Under the pieces are notes generated by a model. The model saw nothing but the letters and a program-made list of their open reading frames with translations, was not told the DNA's origin and ran no database searches. This document shows positions 47,901 through 59,742 of a stretch of 64,000 nucleotides of DNA, piece by piece. The DNA lies in contig NC_047062.1 in assembly GCF_902459465.1 (NCBI RefSeq), positions 20,398,001 through 20,462,000 of the forward strand. The letters are read 5' to 3'. The translations under genes and the position numbers were made by a program. This DNA is from Asterias rubens (lineage: Eukaryota). Numbering within the stretch: position 1 is the first letter of the stretch; the number at the start of each line of letters is the position of its first letter.

Positions 47901-50311
47901 AGGATGGTGGAGATATGAATTCTGTTATGGAAAATTTGCACAGCAATATCATGAGGTAAAGTAGCGTTGTTTTTTTATGCTGTTTGTTTGAAATTGTTCA
48001 TACTTGAAGTCTGTATTTATAGTTCTTGAGCAATGGTGGATTCAGATGTGCTAAAGTAGTAATATTTCTATGAATTGTTTTCTTTCATTGTAGGATAGAA
48101 ATGGAAGAACTGTTATACTTCTTGGGTCTTGGAAAATGGAAGAACACAAAGCATGGTGGACTAAAGAGAAAAAAGCAGTTGGTACAAAGTAAGTCACACC
48201 TCACTAACAGTTCTGCATTTTCCTTCTTGAGAGGGTAAGGCCAATTTCATGTCTGTGAGAAAATATGAGTAGGCACTCGCTGTGATTTGCAGAACCTTGA
48301 CCGTAAACCACGGCTAATTATCTGCCATGGTGTGCTGGTCACTGCTGGAATCTCAGAATTCTTGAACTTGCATTAATTGAGCCAACTGCAATATTGTTAG
48401 CCCTGTCACATTTGTACAACAACAGGACAAAAGTCTGGAAATATAAAGGGATATTATGAGGCATGATTGCGAGTGTCCCTCTTTGTATGGGTGAAACAAA
48501 GCATAGTACAGTAGGTGTATGCCTGTGCCCGTTACACAGCAGAATGTCCGGTTGATGTATTCACGTCAGGCATGTCAGGCGCAATCAAATTGAGGGCACT
48601 CCAAAGTTGTTCTGGTCGTAGTAAGCTGTCCATCATAGGTCAGTCCAGGAAAAATGTGGCGAATAAACCTATTATCTGACTTGAAGTGGTTAAGATATTT
48701 ACCTCTTAAGTACATTATTCAGAATATTTATTTAGGTTCTATATACACAGATGTGTGTTAGCACTGTATTCTCGGTACTTTCCCGAGTATTCTCGGTACT
48801 TTCCCGAGTTCTGTGTAAAAATCACTTGGGTGGGATTCAAACCTAAGACCTTGCAATTCTACAGCAGTGTCATACCAAATAGACCATCGAGATTGCCAGG
48901 TAGCTAGAGGCAGTTTGAATCCTATGTTTTAGCAGCGGGTACTGCAACGATTTAATAGATGTAACATACCTAATGTATTATATGCCTGTAATTTTGTTCA
49001 CCGAACTCGAGAACGTACTGAGTGTACTGTGCTAACACACATCGGTGTATATGGGTGAAACGAAAATTAATATTCTTTATCCTTGATGCAAAATTAACAT
49101 CTACTGCATTATTCAGGTTGATAAAAACCTTTCATTCAAGACTGTTTTTGAGATCCTTCATTCCTCAACTGATTGAACCCGTTTCCTCTTTATCCTAGGA
49201 GTGTAACCCATTTATACAGCAATGGAGATGTGTGTGACATCACAGGAAAGCACAGAGTGGCACAGGTCAAGTTAAAATGCAAAGAAGACATGCAACCAAC
49301 GGCGGTCACAATCTACTTAGCAGAACCCAAGGATTGCGAATATGTACTTGGGGTAAGCCTCGAAACCAACCTGAACAGAGTAACATTTTCAGCATAACTT
49401 TTCACAGATTTGCACTCTGCGCACATGGGATAAATTTGGTCATGCTGTGAAACTTCCTTTGAAAATATTTTGCTTGAAATGCGGTTGTTTCTGAGAAATG
49501 AGTATAATAAATAATTTTAATTTTATTAAGTCAAAAACTCAATGTGTGACAACACTACGAAAATGCTTACATTGACAGTTTGGTAATGGTTACTAAATAC
49601 GATCGCCTGTTTTGCCATTCTTGTCTGAAAATAGTATCTTACATGCCCCCATAAGATAATGCTATTTGTCACAACAAGTAAACAAAAAATTGCAGTTGGA
49701 TATAAAGTTGCAAGCAATTTTTTTTTAAATTTGTTGTCAAAGGAAAAAGAAACTCTAGAGAAGCAAAGGAAAATTTTGTAAAAGTTCATTGCTTTAGCCA
49801 GATCCAGTCACATTAGTCACATTTACTATTAAAGGGTCTATGTAACTTTTGTAGGACAAAAAACACAATGTCCACAGATTTAAACTAAACTTACACAGTT
49901 TGAAGATAATGATAGTAGAAAGCTTCCCTGAAAATATTACCATGGGTAAAACAATGTTATAAAAATAATTTTTGTCTCATGAGACGAAAATTATTTTAAT
50001 CATTTACAAACGTATTTTTATTACATTGTTGTACTCATTTCTCAAAAACTACAGCACCTCAGTTAGTAATATTTGAAGGGAAGCTTTCCACTATCATTAT
50101 CTTCATCAAACCCTGTAAGTTTAATGTAAATCTATGGACATTTTGAAAAAGTACCCAAATCCTTTAAAGTCGAGAAATAACTATTTGTTTTCCTATCTTG
50201 CAGGTGGATTCTCCTATAATATGCTCTTTATTAGATACAGCAGATGAATATGGAATATTGCATCCAGTCGCCTCTGATGACAAGTCAACCCCCTCAACAA
50301 GGAAGCCATGA
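38923..50311 (+). CDS. ERLEC1: Endoplasmic reticulum lectin 1 (XTP3-B/Erlectin), two MRH domains, ~469 aa
   Basis: Exons 38923-39060, 39633-39803 (acceptor could instead be 39640 with an unfound small exon), 41720-41797, 44166-44276, 45265-45488, 45966-46089, 47023-47169, 47896-47955, 48094-48188, 49199-49352, 50204-50311. N-terminal hydrophobic signal. Motifs: [111 protein letters not shown]. Confidence 0.96.
39093..39457. mobile_element. Kolobok-like MITE family A (ERLEC1 intron 1)
   Basis: ttaaaggcagtggacac...gtgtccagtgtcttaa. Confidence 0.85.
40040..40150 (-). mobile_element. tRNA-derived repeat fragment (family I-like)
   Basis: Minus strand tagctcagttggtag..aaggtcacaggtccaaacc (A/B-box-like). 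Confidence 0.5.
40435..40735 (+). mobile_element. tRNA-derived SINE with Deu/SURF-like core and L2-type tail
   Basis: A box tggcctagtgg, B box ggttcgaatcc, core gtgtccttgagcaag..cacccaggggtataaatgggta, tail aatgtaaagcgcattga. Confidence 0.8.
40745..40995 (-). mobile_element. tRNA-like SINE family F, near full length
   Basis: Homologous to 15484-15651 and 48730-48965. Confidence 0.75.
41087..41684. mobile_element. Kolobok-like MITE family A interrupted by a LINE fragment
   Basis: Both termini are present; continuity is broken at 41169-41368. Confidence 0.85.
41169..41357 (-). mobile_element. 5'-truncated Ingi/Vingi-like LINE end with an (AAAC)n tail and 11-bp TSD
   Basis: The minus strand encodes [45 protein letters not shown] (C-terminal CCHC). 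TSD AATGGAGAGCT at 41158-41168 and 41358-41368. Confidence 0.82.
41773..42120 (+). repeat. Three 116-bp tandem units: ERLEC1 exon 3' end, donor, intron and element-D end
   Basis: ccatgaagagaaagaggctggcaag|gtaatc at 41773, 41889 and 42005. Units differ by a few substitutions. Confidence 0.92.
42074..42595. mobile_element. Element D: hairpin plus ICR-like non-autonomous element (tyrosine-recombinase type, inferred)
   Basis: Same termini (TAAGGGAATCAATGTGTGG ... GGTATTTATGAATA) as 62420-62968, with different flanks. It has a ~165-bp terminal hairpin with a gacgaagtc loop. Confidence 0.8.
43555..43735 (+). mobile_element. SINE body fragment (V/Meta-SINE-like)
   Basis: gaatcccacc..atgtgg...ggttttcc...ctcccacatcaaaaac pattern. 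Confidence 0.45.
44826..45211. mobile_element. Kolobok-like MITE family A, complete copy
   Basis: TTAA...TTAA, full TIRs. Confidence 0.88.
46364..46733. mobile_element. Kolobok-like foldback MITE family B
   Basis: Almost entirely palindromic: aggaacacgttgcctcggatcgg... / ...ccgatccaaggcaacgtgttcct, with centre gggagtcaaa/tttgactccc. A partial copy is at 50705-50976. Confidence 0.82.
48730..49105. mobile_element. SINE family F copy (48730-48965) joined to an inverted partial copy (48975-49105)
   Basis: Minus A box 48875-48886 and B box 48832-48843. The right part is the reverse complement of the left part's outer end. It includes a short internal tandem duplication (tattctcggtactttcccgag x2). 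Confidence 0.75.
49829..50167. mobile_element. Kolobok-like MITE family C
   Basis: TTAA-aggg...atcct-TTAA, with long imperfect IRs (tgtccacagattta..aacttacac.gtttgaagataatgatagt.gaaagcttccc). Confidence 0.75.
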
Positions 50312-50704
50312 ATGTATAGAAAACATCTTATCACAAGAATTGCTCTGAAACCTTAAATAGAGCAGACTCACTTCAAAAGGCTGTCCTTGAATTCTGTACA
50401 CCTTGAAGGAGTGTGAACAACGTTTTCCGGCCTCCCAAACAAATTTGAACTTTTTTGCAAGACACGAGTCACGATTTATGTAAACAAACAAACAAACAAA
50501 GCAAACCATGCCCATCCAGTGTGCATAGAAAAGCATGGCTGCTTTTGACTGCTTTTGCTGTAAGATGGGAAGCAGCCATGGTTTTCCATGGTCACTTGCA
50601 CATTTGCTTTATATTGTCTACCCATGATCAGTCACACTTTGGTCGCAAATTGGGTCTCTTGAGTGCCAAACCCCTTTGATCGCCAAACCCCTGTACTTCA
50701 GTCT

Positions 50705-50976
50705 AAGAAAATTTACCTCGAAATTGCGTGGTTTTTCGTTTACTGTGCGAACTAACACGGTCGGCCATTTATGGAGTCAAAATTTGACTCCCATAAATGG
50801 CCGACCGTGTTAGTCGACGAAGTAAAAGGGAAATCGTGCAATTTCGAGGCATGTTTGTGTGGATCATTGTATTCTACTTTTACAGCATCTTTCTACCCAT
50901 ATGCATTTTATAACACACGGTTAAAAACGCTTTTCAAAGACAAACTCGACCAATCCAAGGCAACGTGTTCCTTTAA
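50705..50976. mobile_element. Kolobok-like MITE family B, left-truncated, in the ERLEC1 3' flank
   Basis: Homologous to 46364-46733; ends gcaacgtgttcctTTAA. Confidence 0.8.
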
Positions 50977-51371
50977 TCCTTTTATGCACAATTTATTGTA
51001 GTGACAAATTAATCATATGGACACTTTAATGGTTTACTTGATTTTTGCAAATTGTAACCACCCGAATACAGGTCACAAAAGCACCATCAAGAGTCCTCTT
51101 TCCTGTTCTAAAAACTGTGTGGTCGTGCAATCTTTTTATTTCTCGTTTCGCAGCTGTTTTTCTGACAAAAACCAGTCGTTAGCAACTGTTCAGTGCGTGA
51201 AAGAGTAAGTTGAAATCCAAGTCTTCTTATAGTTCGGATGTTATGATCCATGAATGTTTTATGGAGACTGAATACATAGAGTATTCACACTCAAGTCTTG
51301 GGTTGGTTTTCAATCCATGTATTTTTGTAATGCTTTGGGGGGAAAAAGCAGTCTTTCGTGACAGAACTGTT

Positions 51372-51755
51372 TTAAAGACAAGGGACACTATTGGTAATTG
51401 TCTACAACCATTCTTCTCACTTGGTGTATCTCAACATATGCATAAATTAACAAACCTGTGAAAATTTGAGCTCAATTGGTCGTCGAAGTTGCGAGATAAT
51501 AATGAAAGAAAAAACACCCTTGTCAGACAGTTGTGTGCTTTCAGATGCTTCATTTCGAGACCTCAAATTCTAAATCTTGAGGTCTCATAATCAAATTCGT
51601 GGAAAATTACTTCTTTCTCGAAAACTGTGTTACTTCAGAGGGAGCCGTTTCTCACAATGTTTTATACCATCAACAGCTCCCCATTACTTGTTACCAATTA
51701 GGCTTTTATGCTAATAACTATTTTGAGAAATTACCAATAGTGTCCACTGCATTTA
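51372..51755. mobile_element. Kolobok-like MITE family A
   Basis: Homologous to 614-1011. Confidence 0.82.
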
Positions 51756-52006
51756 CACATGCAGAAAACAACAAATGCAAGTGAAAAGTCATGAGTTAAT
51801 CTCAATAAGCCATTCGTGAGTTCTATTTTGAATAATGTCTATTGTAACAACTTTATTGGTCACTTGATTCAATATTTTGATCCATATCACAGATTGGAGT
51901 CAGTCTCACTGTTGCATATATCACTTATATGAAATCTCACATTCCTGTAGCCTGATCTGAATCTTACTACTAATGAGCAAGAGTTGGATCCTGCTTTCGC
52001 TATTAA

Positions 52007-52228
52007 TTGGGCCCATCTTCATAAAGCCTGTTAGCACAAAAATTTGCTTAGCATGAAATTTCTTCCTTGGTAAAAACAGGATTACCAACCAAATTTTCAT
52101 TTGTTGCATATTGCTTGATACTGGTATTCAGCTGTTGTTTGCTAAATCACGTGGACATTTTGGCTGGTAATCCTAATTTCATGCTAAGCAAATTATTGTG
52201 CTGACAGGCTTTATGAAATTGGGCCCAG
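52007..52228. mobile_element. MITE family E
   Basis: tgggccc..ttcataaagcctgttagcaca / tgtgctgacaggctttatgaaattgggccca. Confidence 0.78.
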
Positions 52229-53336
52229 GATTTCACCTGAACTAACTGGGATCTAGATTTCACTACCGTTGACTTCAACCACGCTATCATAGAGTAACAT
52301 TTGGGTTACATTCCATTACATTGTATAACACATAACGTCTTACGCATAATCATGTCTTAGATCCCTTGTCTACCAATTGTGAAATTTAAATTCTTTACTA
52401 CCTAACAAATTAAGTTTTTAAAAAGTACTTTATGTTCCTTTATTTATCAACTTTTTGTTTTTGTTTACACCCTTTTGTGTGAGGGGGGTGCATGGAATAC
52501 TGACTTGGTCAGGAAGCCAATCCTTACAAATGTTTCTGTAAATTTGGGTTTGGGTTTGATTGTTTCTGTTCTTGAGTTGATCATTAAAGTCTGAGCTATG
52601 TTTTGGCCACCTTAAGTTTCTAAGTGATGTTTTTTTCCGGGGCATTTTGTTTTTATGAATTGTCTGTAATCATGGAAATAACCCGTTCTCCCCCAAAAGC
52701 TTTTGGTATCCTGTGTCATTTTGATATTTAAATTAAATAAATGTATGTTATTTTAAAATAAATGGTCCAATAAATATAAGTTTTATTGTTTATCATATGT
52801 TATTTGATGTGTTTATTTGTGTATTTATGTGGTGATTCATTAAACTCTTGGGAAGAAGCCTATACAAAATACAAAACTTGAGGAGCTGGAAGAAATTTGT
52901 ATAAAAAAAAGAGAGGAGAATTTGGAATAGATAATAACATTGGTTAGCATTATATAGTTGTTTTGGGGGCGGGGGGCTTCTTAAAAGTGATTACTAATTC
53001 ATAACTTTGAAATGTTTTGTCAATAGAGAAAAAAAGCTTGTTTGGTACAGAAACCTGAACATTTTTTTAGGAACAGTGAGTTTCGTTTGGGGTGATGGGG
53101 AAACCATAAAAAAACTTGCATTTTAAACCACAAAAGCTGCATATGTCAGGAATTTTAAGTCGAGGGGGAGGTAATTTTTAAATTTTCTGTTCCAAATGAA
53201 TCGGATTTATGAATGAAGATACCTGAGTCAGATGCAAGCAACTAATATCATTTTGTTGAATTAGCGCCCTCTACCTATGACATGAAATACACGCTCAAAA
53301 ATACAAGTTGACGGCATGCATGGATGTACAAACAAC

Positions 53337-56300
53337 ATGGCGGCCGACACGATGGCACATGGAACGTCGACTGCAGATAATGTGGTTTCGTTTATTTCGT
53401 CTAAAGCTAAAAATACGAGCCAGAAACAAAAGATAAAACAGTTGAAGAGAAGGAGACCGTTTGTAAAGGTTTCGTACGATTCTGGGAGCGATGCTGATGT
53501 AGAAAGTGATGAAGATCATGTGAAAGAAAACGTCATCACAGCCACAGCAGACGGTAGGATTAGTAGGAATTCCGTGTACACAATTAAATTGAATACAAAA
53601 ATACAATGTTCATGTGTGGGTATGTAGGTCACGGTTTGCAAAGTTGATCAGTCACACATAGTCACAAGCAGAAGCTTGCATTCTTTTTACACTTCTCTTT
53701 GAATTCTTTTTTTATTCATGGGCACTCAACTGTACTCTATTATTATTATTATTAATTATGTTATTAATAATAATAAAACCATAATATAATAAATAATGTT
53801 AGTGCCATGTTTTGTCACTTGTGGTTTTGTGCTGCTGAGCTGTGTGTGTAGAAAAACATTGACTAAAAAATTAAAAGTTCTGTGTGCTGGCTGGACAGTT
53901 TCCTTGTGTGTGCATTGCGTGATCTAGTACAAACAAGAAGTAGCGATAACGGGTCCTACCACTTGCCGTCATCTCCCTTTGTGCCGTCAACTCCCTGTCA
54001 ACTCAACCAGTACACATTTAAAATCCACAAAAGAGGCATAGAACTGTAAAGTAATTAATGGCACAAATGAGTTGACAGCACAAATGAGTTGACGGCGAGT
54101 TGACGGCAAGCAGTAGGACCGGCGATAACGTAACCCTCCTCCCAACGGCGTTGCCGGAGGGTTATGACCCATGTTCGAAACGAACTGGACGAAATGGTCA
54201 AACACATACAATTTTGACAGCTAGTCAACAGGTTTGCTCCATATTTACAACTTTCGAAAATCATGACACAAATTCTATCTAGGAACGCAAACTTGATTCC
54301 CAATGTCTAATGAATCCTTTCTTAAACACTCAAAACACCATTGAGAAAATATTTTGAAGAAAAGGGACAAAAACCTGTTTAAAAAAAAACTTTTAAAACA
54401 AAATTATAGAATGTTAGTCCAAATTTTGTTTGCATTGTAAAGAAGGTTTATACTAAGTCTGTCAGTGCGGTGGCACTGGCGTCTTACCGAGCAAGAGTGA
54501 CATAAGAGTAAGACTGAGAAGAGGATTGATAAAGGTCACCTGTTTATAAGCGGGATTACATCTATAATACATGTTTGGTAATAAACACTTTATCTTCTGA
54601 TATTTTTCCACAGAACCTCCATTGAGGAAAAAAGCCAAAACGCCCAGGAAAAAGATAAAACCGAAGTCATCCGCTCTACCAGAAATCAAAGCTGAAGAAC
54701 TGAGCAACATCGACGATATTGATGGTGTTGATGATGATGATGATGATTTAGATATTGACGCTGATACTGGTTTTGATATTGATGATGATGATATTGAAGA
54801 AGACGAAGAGTTCAAAGTCTCCGATCCTGAGTCAGACCCAGAGGAAGTGCCGAGAGTACCGGGCGCAGGATGGGCAGACGCAATGGCTAAGATCCTACAG
54901 AGGGAAATCCCCAAAGAGTCTCCCTCAACCTCAGCTATTTTGTCAAAGTCTAAGGAGTATGAGAAAGCCAAACTACAGGAGGAGGAAGAGTATGCCAAGA
55001 GGAATAAAGTGGTAGGTTCAAATGTTAAGAAATTCTTAAATGCGAGACCTCAACAGTTTTCATGTACAGTAATAAACCACACTGTAAACTGAGTGGGTAA
55101 ATTTGAAATAGTTTTGGGTTGAACAAAGAAGAGAACTTGAACCTGAGACCCTCGGATTAACATGGCCGAGCACCCCCACATTAATTCAATGGTCGCAGGT
55201 TCTAGTTCCAGGTTCTAGTTCCAGGTTCTAGTTCTTTGCTCCAACAATTTTTTCTTTTCTTCAAATATATCCACTTAGGGAAAACAAGTGGATCACAAAA
55301 CTGACTTTGATCTTGGAGCCCCTCTTTAAAAACATTTCAGACACCTTTTTTTTCCAGGGAAAGTTATGAGGCTTTCAAACTCAAAACAAACTTCCCCAAT
55401 CATGGAAACTTAAATTTAAGTCCCCATTGCACAGAAATGTAGTTGGAAAAGGGGCCAAAGTTAATCACCATTAAATATTTTCCCTGCAGAAATTGTCAAG
55501 AGATCAGTGGGAACAGCTTGGCCGAGCCAGACCCAAAGTAACAGATAAAGTTGTTGAAAGGAGACTACAGAGAATAGCAACAAGGTATGTAATTGAACGT
55601 AGGTATTTATGTAGGTAACAACTTTAGCACACAAGTACTAGGCAAGAGTGGCAGGCAAGTATAACCTGCTACACATAGACTGGCATGCTAGTCCACAATT
55701 TAAAAGCCTCCCTGTGCATGTACTTGTATGTTTATTTTACATTTTACAATCCTGTTTGATAAAGTGCCTTGCTCTTGAAAGGACAAAAGTGATGCCACTG
55801 TCAATGCCAGGATTTGAACACTCATCCTGTAATTTACAGAAGTAGAGTCCTATTCCTAGCCTGCTTGTCCATGACAACCTCTGCCTGTCAAAGACATTTT
55901 AAAATATCCAAAAGTTAACATTTTTCTTGGGTAGTCAGAAGCTTCTTGGGGTGATTTGGGGTGGGGGGGGGGGGGAGTGGTGAAGCAAGACCTGTAAACA
56001 GTCTTTGGACCCCTCTGTTTCTCTACTCTTTTGAAATAAACACCCCCATTTTACTTTTTCAGCTTCATAGACCAATCCCTAAAAAGGTTTCCTTACAATT
56101 GTCTCCGTTTACAGAGGTGTCGTCCAGCTCTTCAATGCTGTCAAGAAAGAGCAGAAGCACTCTGGAGAGCCCCAGGAGAAGACTCTCTCTATCTCAGACA
56201 GACGACGAGCTGAGGAAATAAGATCAGCCAGCGGGAGGGGAAACTTCTTGGACCTACTCAGAGGGACACCAGTTGTTCAGAAGAGGAGCAACCTTCAGAA

Positions 56301-57343
56301 AAAGGTAGCGTCCCAGTACTTTATTTTCATTGCTGTCTCATTTTGAATTGAGTTTTGTGTAAGTAAATAAAATCATAGAGCTTCAAATTTATTTTATTTC
56401 CCAATCACCACTGCGAACACACAAGAAAATAAAGGCTGTATACGATTCAAGAGATTTACTTACATGTACATGTACGTCGTGCACAAGATATTTCTTGCTG
56501 CAGCTAATTTTTTAGGTAACTCATATAAATTGATTTGGTCAATGAATTTTACGTCAGAAATTTGGCTATAAACCCAGCAGGGTGAATTACTTTCTTATCA
56601 CTGCTAGTAACTATCTTGCCATGGTGAGTTACCATCTCAATACAGTGAGTTAATATTTTGCAGAGGCAAAATACTTTCATGCCAAGGCAAGTTACTTTCT
56701 CAACATGGTGAGTTACTCTCTTGCATGGGGTTTTCTATATTTTACCAAGTTGTGGTACTGTTCTATTTTGTGCCACCACGTATTTTGTGCATTTTGCCAT
56801 GGTGCCAACCATCTGTCAATGCAAGTTGCATCCTTGTTGCCACAGTGGAATACTGTCTCACACTGTCTCACCAAGGCAAGTTACTATCAGGCCAAAGTAA
56901 GTTACTGTCTTCCCATGTTGTGTTTCTACATGTCTTTCGTAGCGTTGACCAACTCTCTTGCCATTGTGAGTTTCTATCTCACAACGGTGACTAACTCTCT
57001 TACCACTGTGAGTTTCTATCTTAAGTTTCTGTCTTACCACGGTATTAGTAACTATCTTGTAATAGCAAGAAAGCAACTTGAATGTTATTGTTGGGTTAAG
57101 CCTATTGTCGCTCTTTCTTTGCTACTATACATGTAATATTTTGCAATGACTTAACTGGTGAATGTAATTTTACTCTCTCCACAGGTTGGTGAGAACCCAG
57201 ATGGAGGCAAGAAACCGTCTTGGAGTGTTCTTCAGGATAACTTTATGATGGGCGCCACCATGAAGGATTGGGACAAGAAGAGTGATAGCGGCAGTGACGT
57301 CCCCAGTGAAGCGGGTAGCGATATGAACTCATTCTCAGACTGA
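53337..57343 (+). CDS. RRP15: Ribosomal RNA processing protein 15 homolog, ~352 aa
   Basis: Exons 53337-53553, 54614-55011, 55490-55584, 56115-56304, 57185-57343, phases consistent. Motifs [30 protein letters not shown] and [19 protein letters not shown] match the Rrp15 family. Confidence 0.96.
53952..54121. mobile_element. MITE with 8-9 bp TSD inserted at the terminus of a family H copy
   Basis: TIR ggtcctaccacttgccgtca / tgacggcaagcagtaggacc. GCGATAACG at 53943-53951 and 54122-54130. Confidence 0.75.
54126..54310. mobile_element. MITE family H, partial
   Basis: Homologous to 37824-38019. Confidence 0.72.
55095..55245. mobile_element. Family I foldback copy (diverged)
   Basis: gggttgaacaaagaa..gaacctgagacc..ggattaac / ttaat..ggtcgcaggttctagt..tagttctttgctccaac. 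Confidence 0.55.
56570..57065. repeat. Degenerate ~21-bp minisatellite in the last RRP15 intron
   Basis: Recurring cttgccatggtgagttactat-like units. Confidence 0.7.
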
Positions 57344-57720
57344 TTAACTAGTTGGATTGAGCGAGGTATGAAAAGTTTTCCTTTAATACTCCATTTTCCA
57401 TTGAGATCCAAGAGATTCTAATCAGACTTAACAAACTGAAAAGCTGATGTAACCAAACAGGCTGAGAATATCAATTGGTGTTTTAAGATGGAGTCCTTGA
57501 AAAAGTACAGAAGTGTTAAGGGTCTAATGTAACCCTGGAAGACCACTCGTCAATGGTCGTTAAATGGAGTACAGTCTCTTAATAGTTTAAAACCCCAGGG
57601 CAAATTTTACTGGTGTTATGAGAGTCCTTCATTATGTTGAATCTATATGGTTCAATTTCTTGCCCCCATAAGATTTTACAGACTTAAAGGGAAGGTATAC
57701 CTCCTGGTAATCAGTCTTAA

Positions 57721-57900
57721 AATTAATGGATAGAAGCTTACTGTGGCTTTCAATAGTATAAAGAGTTTTGAGAAACATTACTCTCAGTCACATTTCTCAT
57801 ATTATGTATTAATTAATGGATAGAAGCTTACTGTGGCTTTCAATAGTATAAAGAGTTTTGAGAAACATTACTCTCAGTCACATTTCTCATATTGTGTATT
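57721..57900. repeat. Two 90-bp tandem units, nearly identical
   Basis: 57721-57810 versus 57811-57900, one visible mismatch. Confidence 0.9.
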
Positions 57901-58245
57901 CCTCTCACTTGGTGTATCTCAACATGCATAAAATAACAAACCTGTGAAAATTTGAGCTCAAATGGTCGCCGAAGTTGCGAGGAACTATGAAAGAAAAAAC
58001 ACCCTTGTCACACGAAGTTGTGTGCATTTAGATGGTTGATTTCGAGACCTCAAGTTCTAAATCTGAGGTCTCGAAATCAAATTCGTTGAAAATTCCTTCT
58101 TTCTTGAAAACTATGGCACTTCAGAGGGAGCTGTTTCTCACCATCAAGTTTTATACCATCAACCTCTCCCCATTACTCATCACCAAGAAAGGTTTTATGC
58201 TAATAATTATTTTGAGTAATTACCAATAGTGTCCACTGCCTTTAA
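57901..58245. mobile_element. Kolobok-like MITE family A, one end missing
   Basis: Ends aattaccaatagtgtccactgcctTTAA. Confidence 0.82.
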
Positions 58246-58418
58246 GCGATCACTAAAAAATGCCACCACCTTTTAAAAGTTCAATTTTCACATGCTAGTT
58301 TTTTGTATGTAAACAATTTTCACCCCAAACGAAAATATACAATCCATAGCAAGTGCCTTTTTAATCTATTTTTTTTTTTTTACAGATGTAATGCTCTAGC
58401 TTACATTCAATTTTTAGT

Positions 58419-58918
58419 NNNNNNNNNNNNNNNNNNNNNNNNNNNNNNNNNNNNNNNNNNNNNNNNNNNNNNNNNNNNNNNNNNNNNNNNNNNNNNNNNN
58501 NNNNNNNNNNNNNNNNNNNNNNNNNNNNNNNNNNNNNNNNNNNNNNNNNNNNNNNNNNNNNNNNNNNNNNNNNNNNNNNNNNNNNNNNNNNNNNNNNNNN
58601 NNNNNNNNNNNNNNNNNNNNNNNNNNNNNNNNNNNNNNNNNNNNNNNNNNNNNNNNNNNNNNNNNNNNNNNNNNNNNNNNNNNNNNNNNNNNNNNNNNNN
58701 NNNNNNNNNNNNNNNNNNNNNNNNNNNNNNNNNNNNNNNNNNNNNNNNNNNNNNNNNNNNNNNNNNNNNNNNNNNNNNNNNNNNNNNNNNNNNNNNNNNN
58801 NNNNNNNNNNNNNNNNNNNNNNNNNNNNNNNNNNNNNNNNNNNNNNNNNNNNNNNNNNNNNNNNNNNNNNNNNNNNNNNNNNNNNNNNNNNNNNNNNNNN
58901 NNNNNNNNNNNNNNNNNN
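58419..58918. other. Assembly gap (500 N)
   Basis: Run of N; the true length is unknown. Confidence 0.99.
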
Positions 58919-59363
58919 ATTTCATATTGAGGGACAAAGTGATACCTCAAATCAAGCAGATATTAAAGACCACTGCTTCCCAGTTTATGAAATATTATGG
59001 ACTTTTCCCGGTTTCAGACTCAAGTTTTTCAAGACTAAAATGAAATCAAACGTGCAAAGTTGGTTGAAAAAGTGGAAGTTGACCAAAAACAGCAAAATGT
59101 CAAGCACATTTTGCAATGTTTTTCAACAGTATCATTGGAACAAGGTTGACTATTGAGAACATTTCAGGGGGAGGAAAAGATGATCTGAAGGCCTCCATCA
59201 GGTATTAGGTTTTACAAAAATAATCAGAAAAACTCCCCTAGACAAAGACCCATAAAAACACGAAAAACGGAAATCCTAAAGCTGTTATGAACAATTAAAG
59301 ACTAGCGCTGTGTAAACCAGTTTGTGTAATGACGTGAAATGAACACGAATGGGAAAATGGTGG

Positions 59364-59742
59364 TTAAAGCCATTATACACTTTCAGCACAGAAAAAAATT
59401 AAAGTTCACAGATTTACAAATAACTTACAGGGTTTACAGAACAGAAGGTAATGGTGAAAGACTTCTCTTGAAATATTATTCCATGAAATGCTTTACTTTT
59501 CGAGAAAACATTAAAACAATTATCAATTCTTGTTGTCGAGAATTACGGATTTATTTTAAACACATGTCATGACACGGTGAAACGTGCGGAAACAAGGGTG
59601 GGTTTTCCCGTTATTTTCTCCCGACTCCGATTACCGATTGAGCCTAAATTTTCACAGGCTTGTTATTTTTTATATCAGTTGTGTTACACGAAGTGTGGGC
59701 CTTTTGACAATACTGTTTACCGAAAGTGTCCAATGGATTTAA
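59364..59742. mobile_element. Kolobok-like MITE, family C/A mosaic
   Basis: TTAA-agccattatacac...gtgtccaatggat-TTAA. The left part resembles family C and the right part resembles family A. Confidence 0.7.

Noticed and set aside
54462-54998. 178-aa Ser-rich minus-strand ORF
   Set aside because: Antisense shadow of the acidic RRP15 exon 2. The same applies to the antisense ORFs over 26033-26482 and 34075-35088.
58303-59043. Long ORFs spanning X residues
   Set aside because: Artefacts of the N gap.
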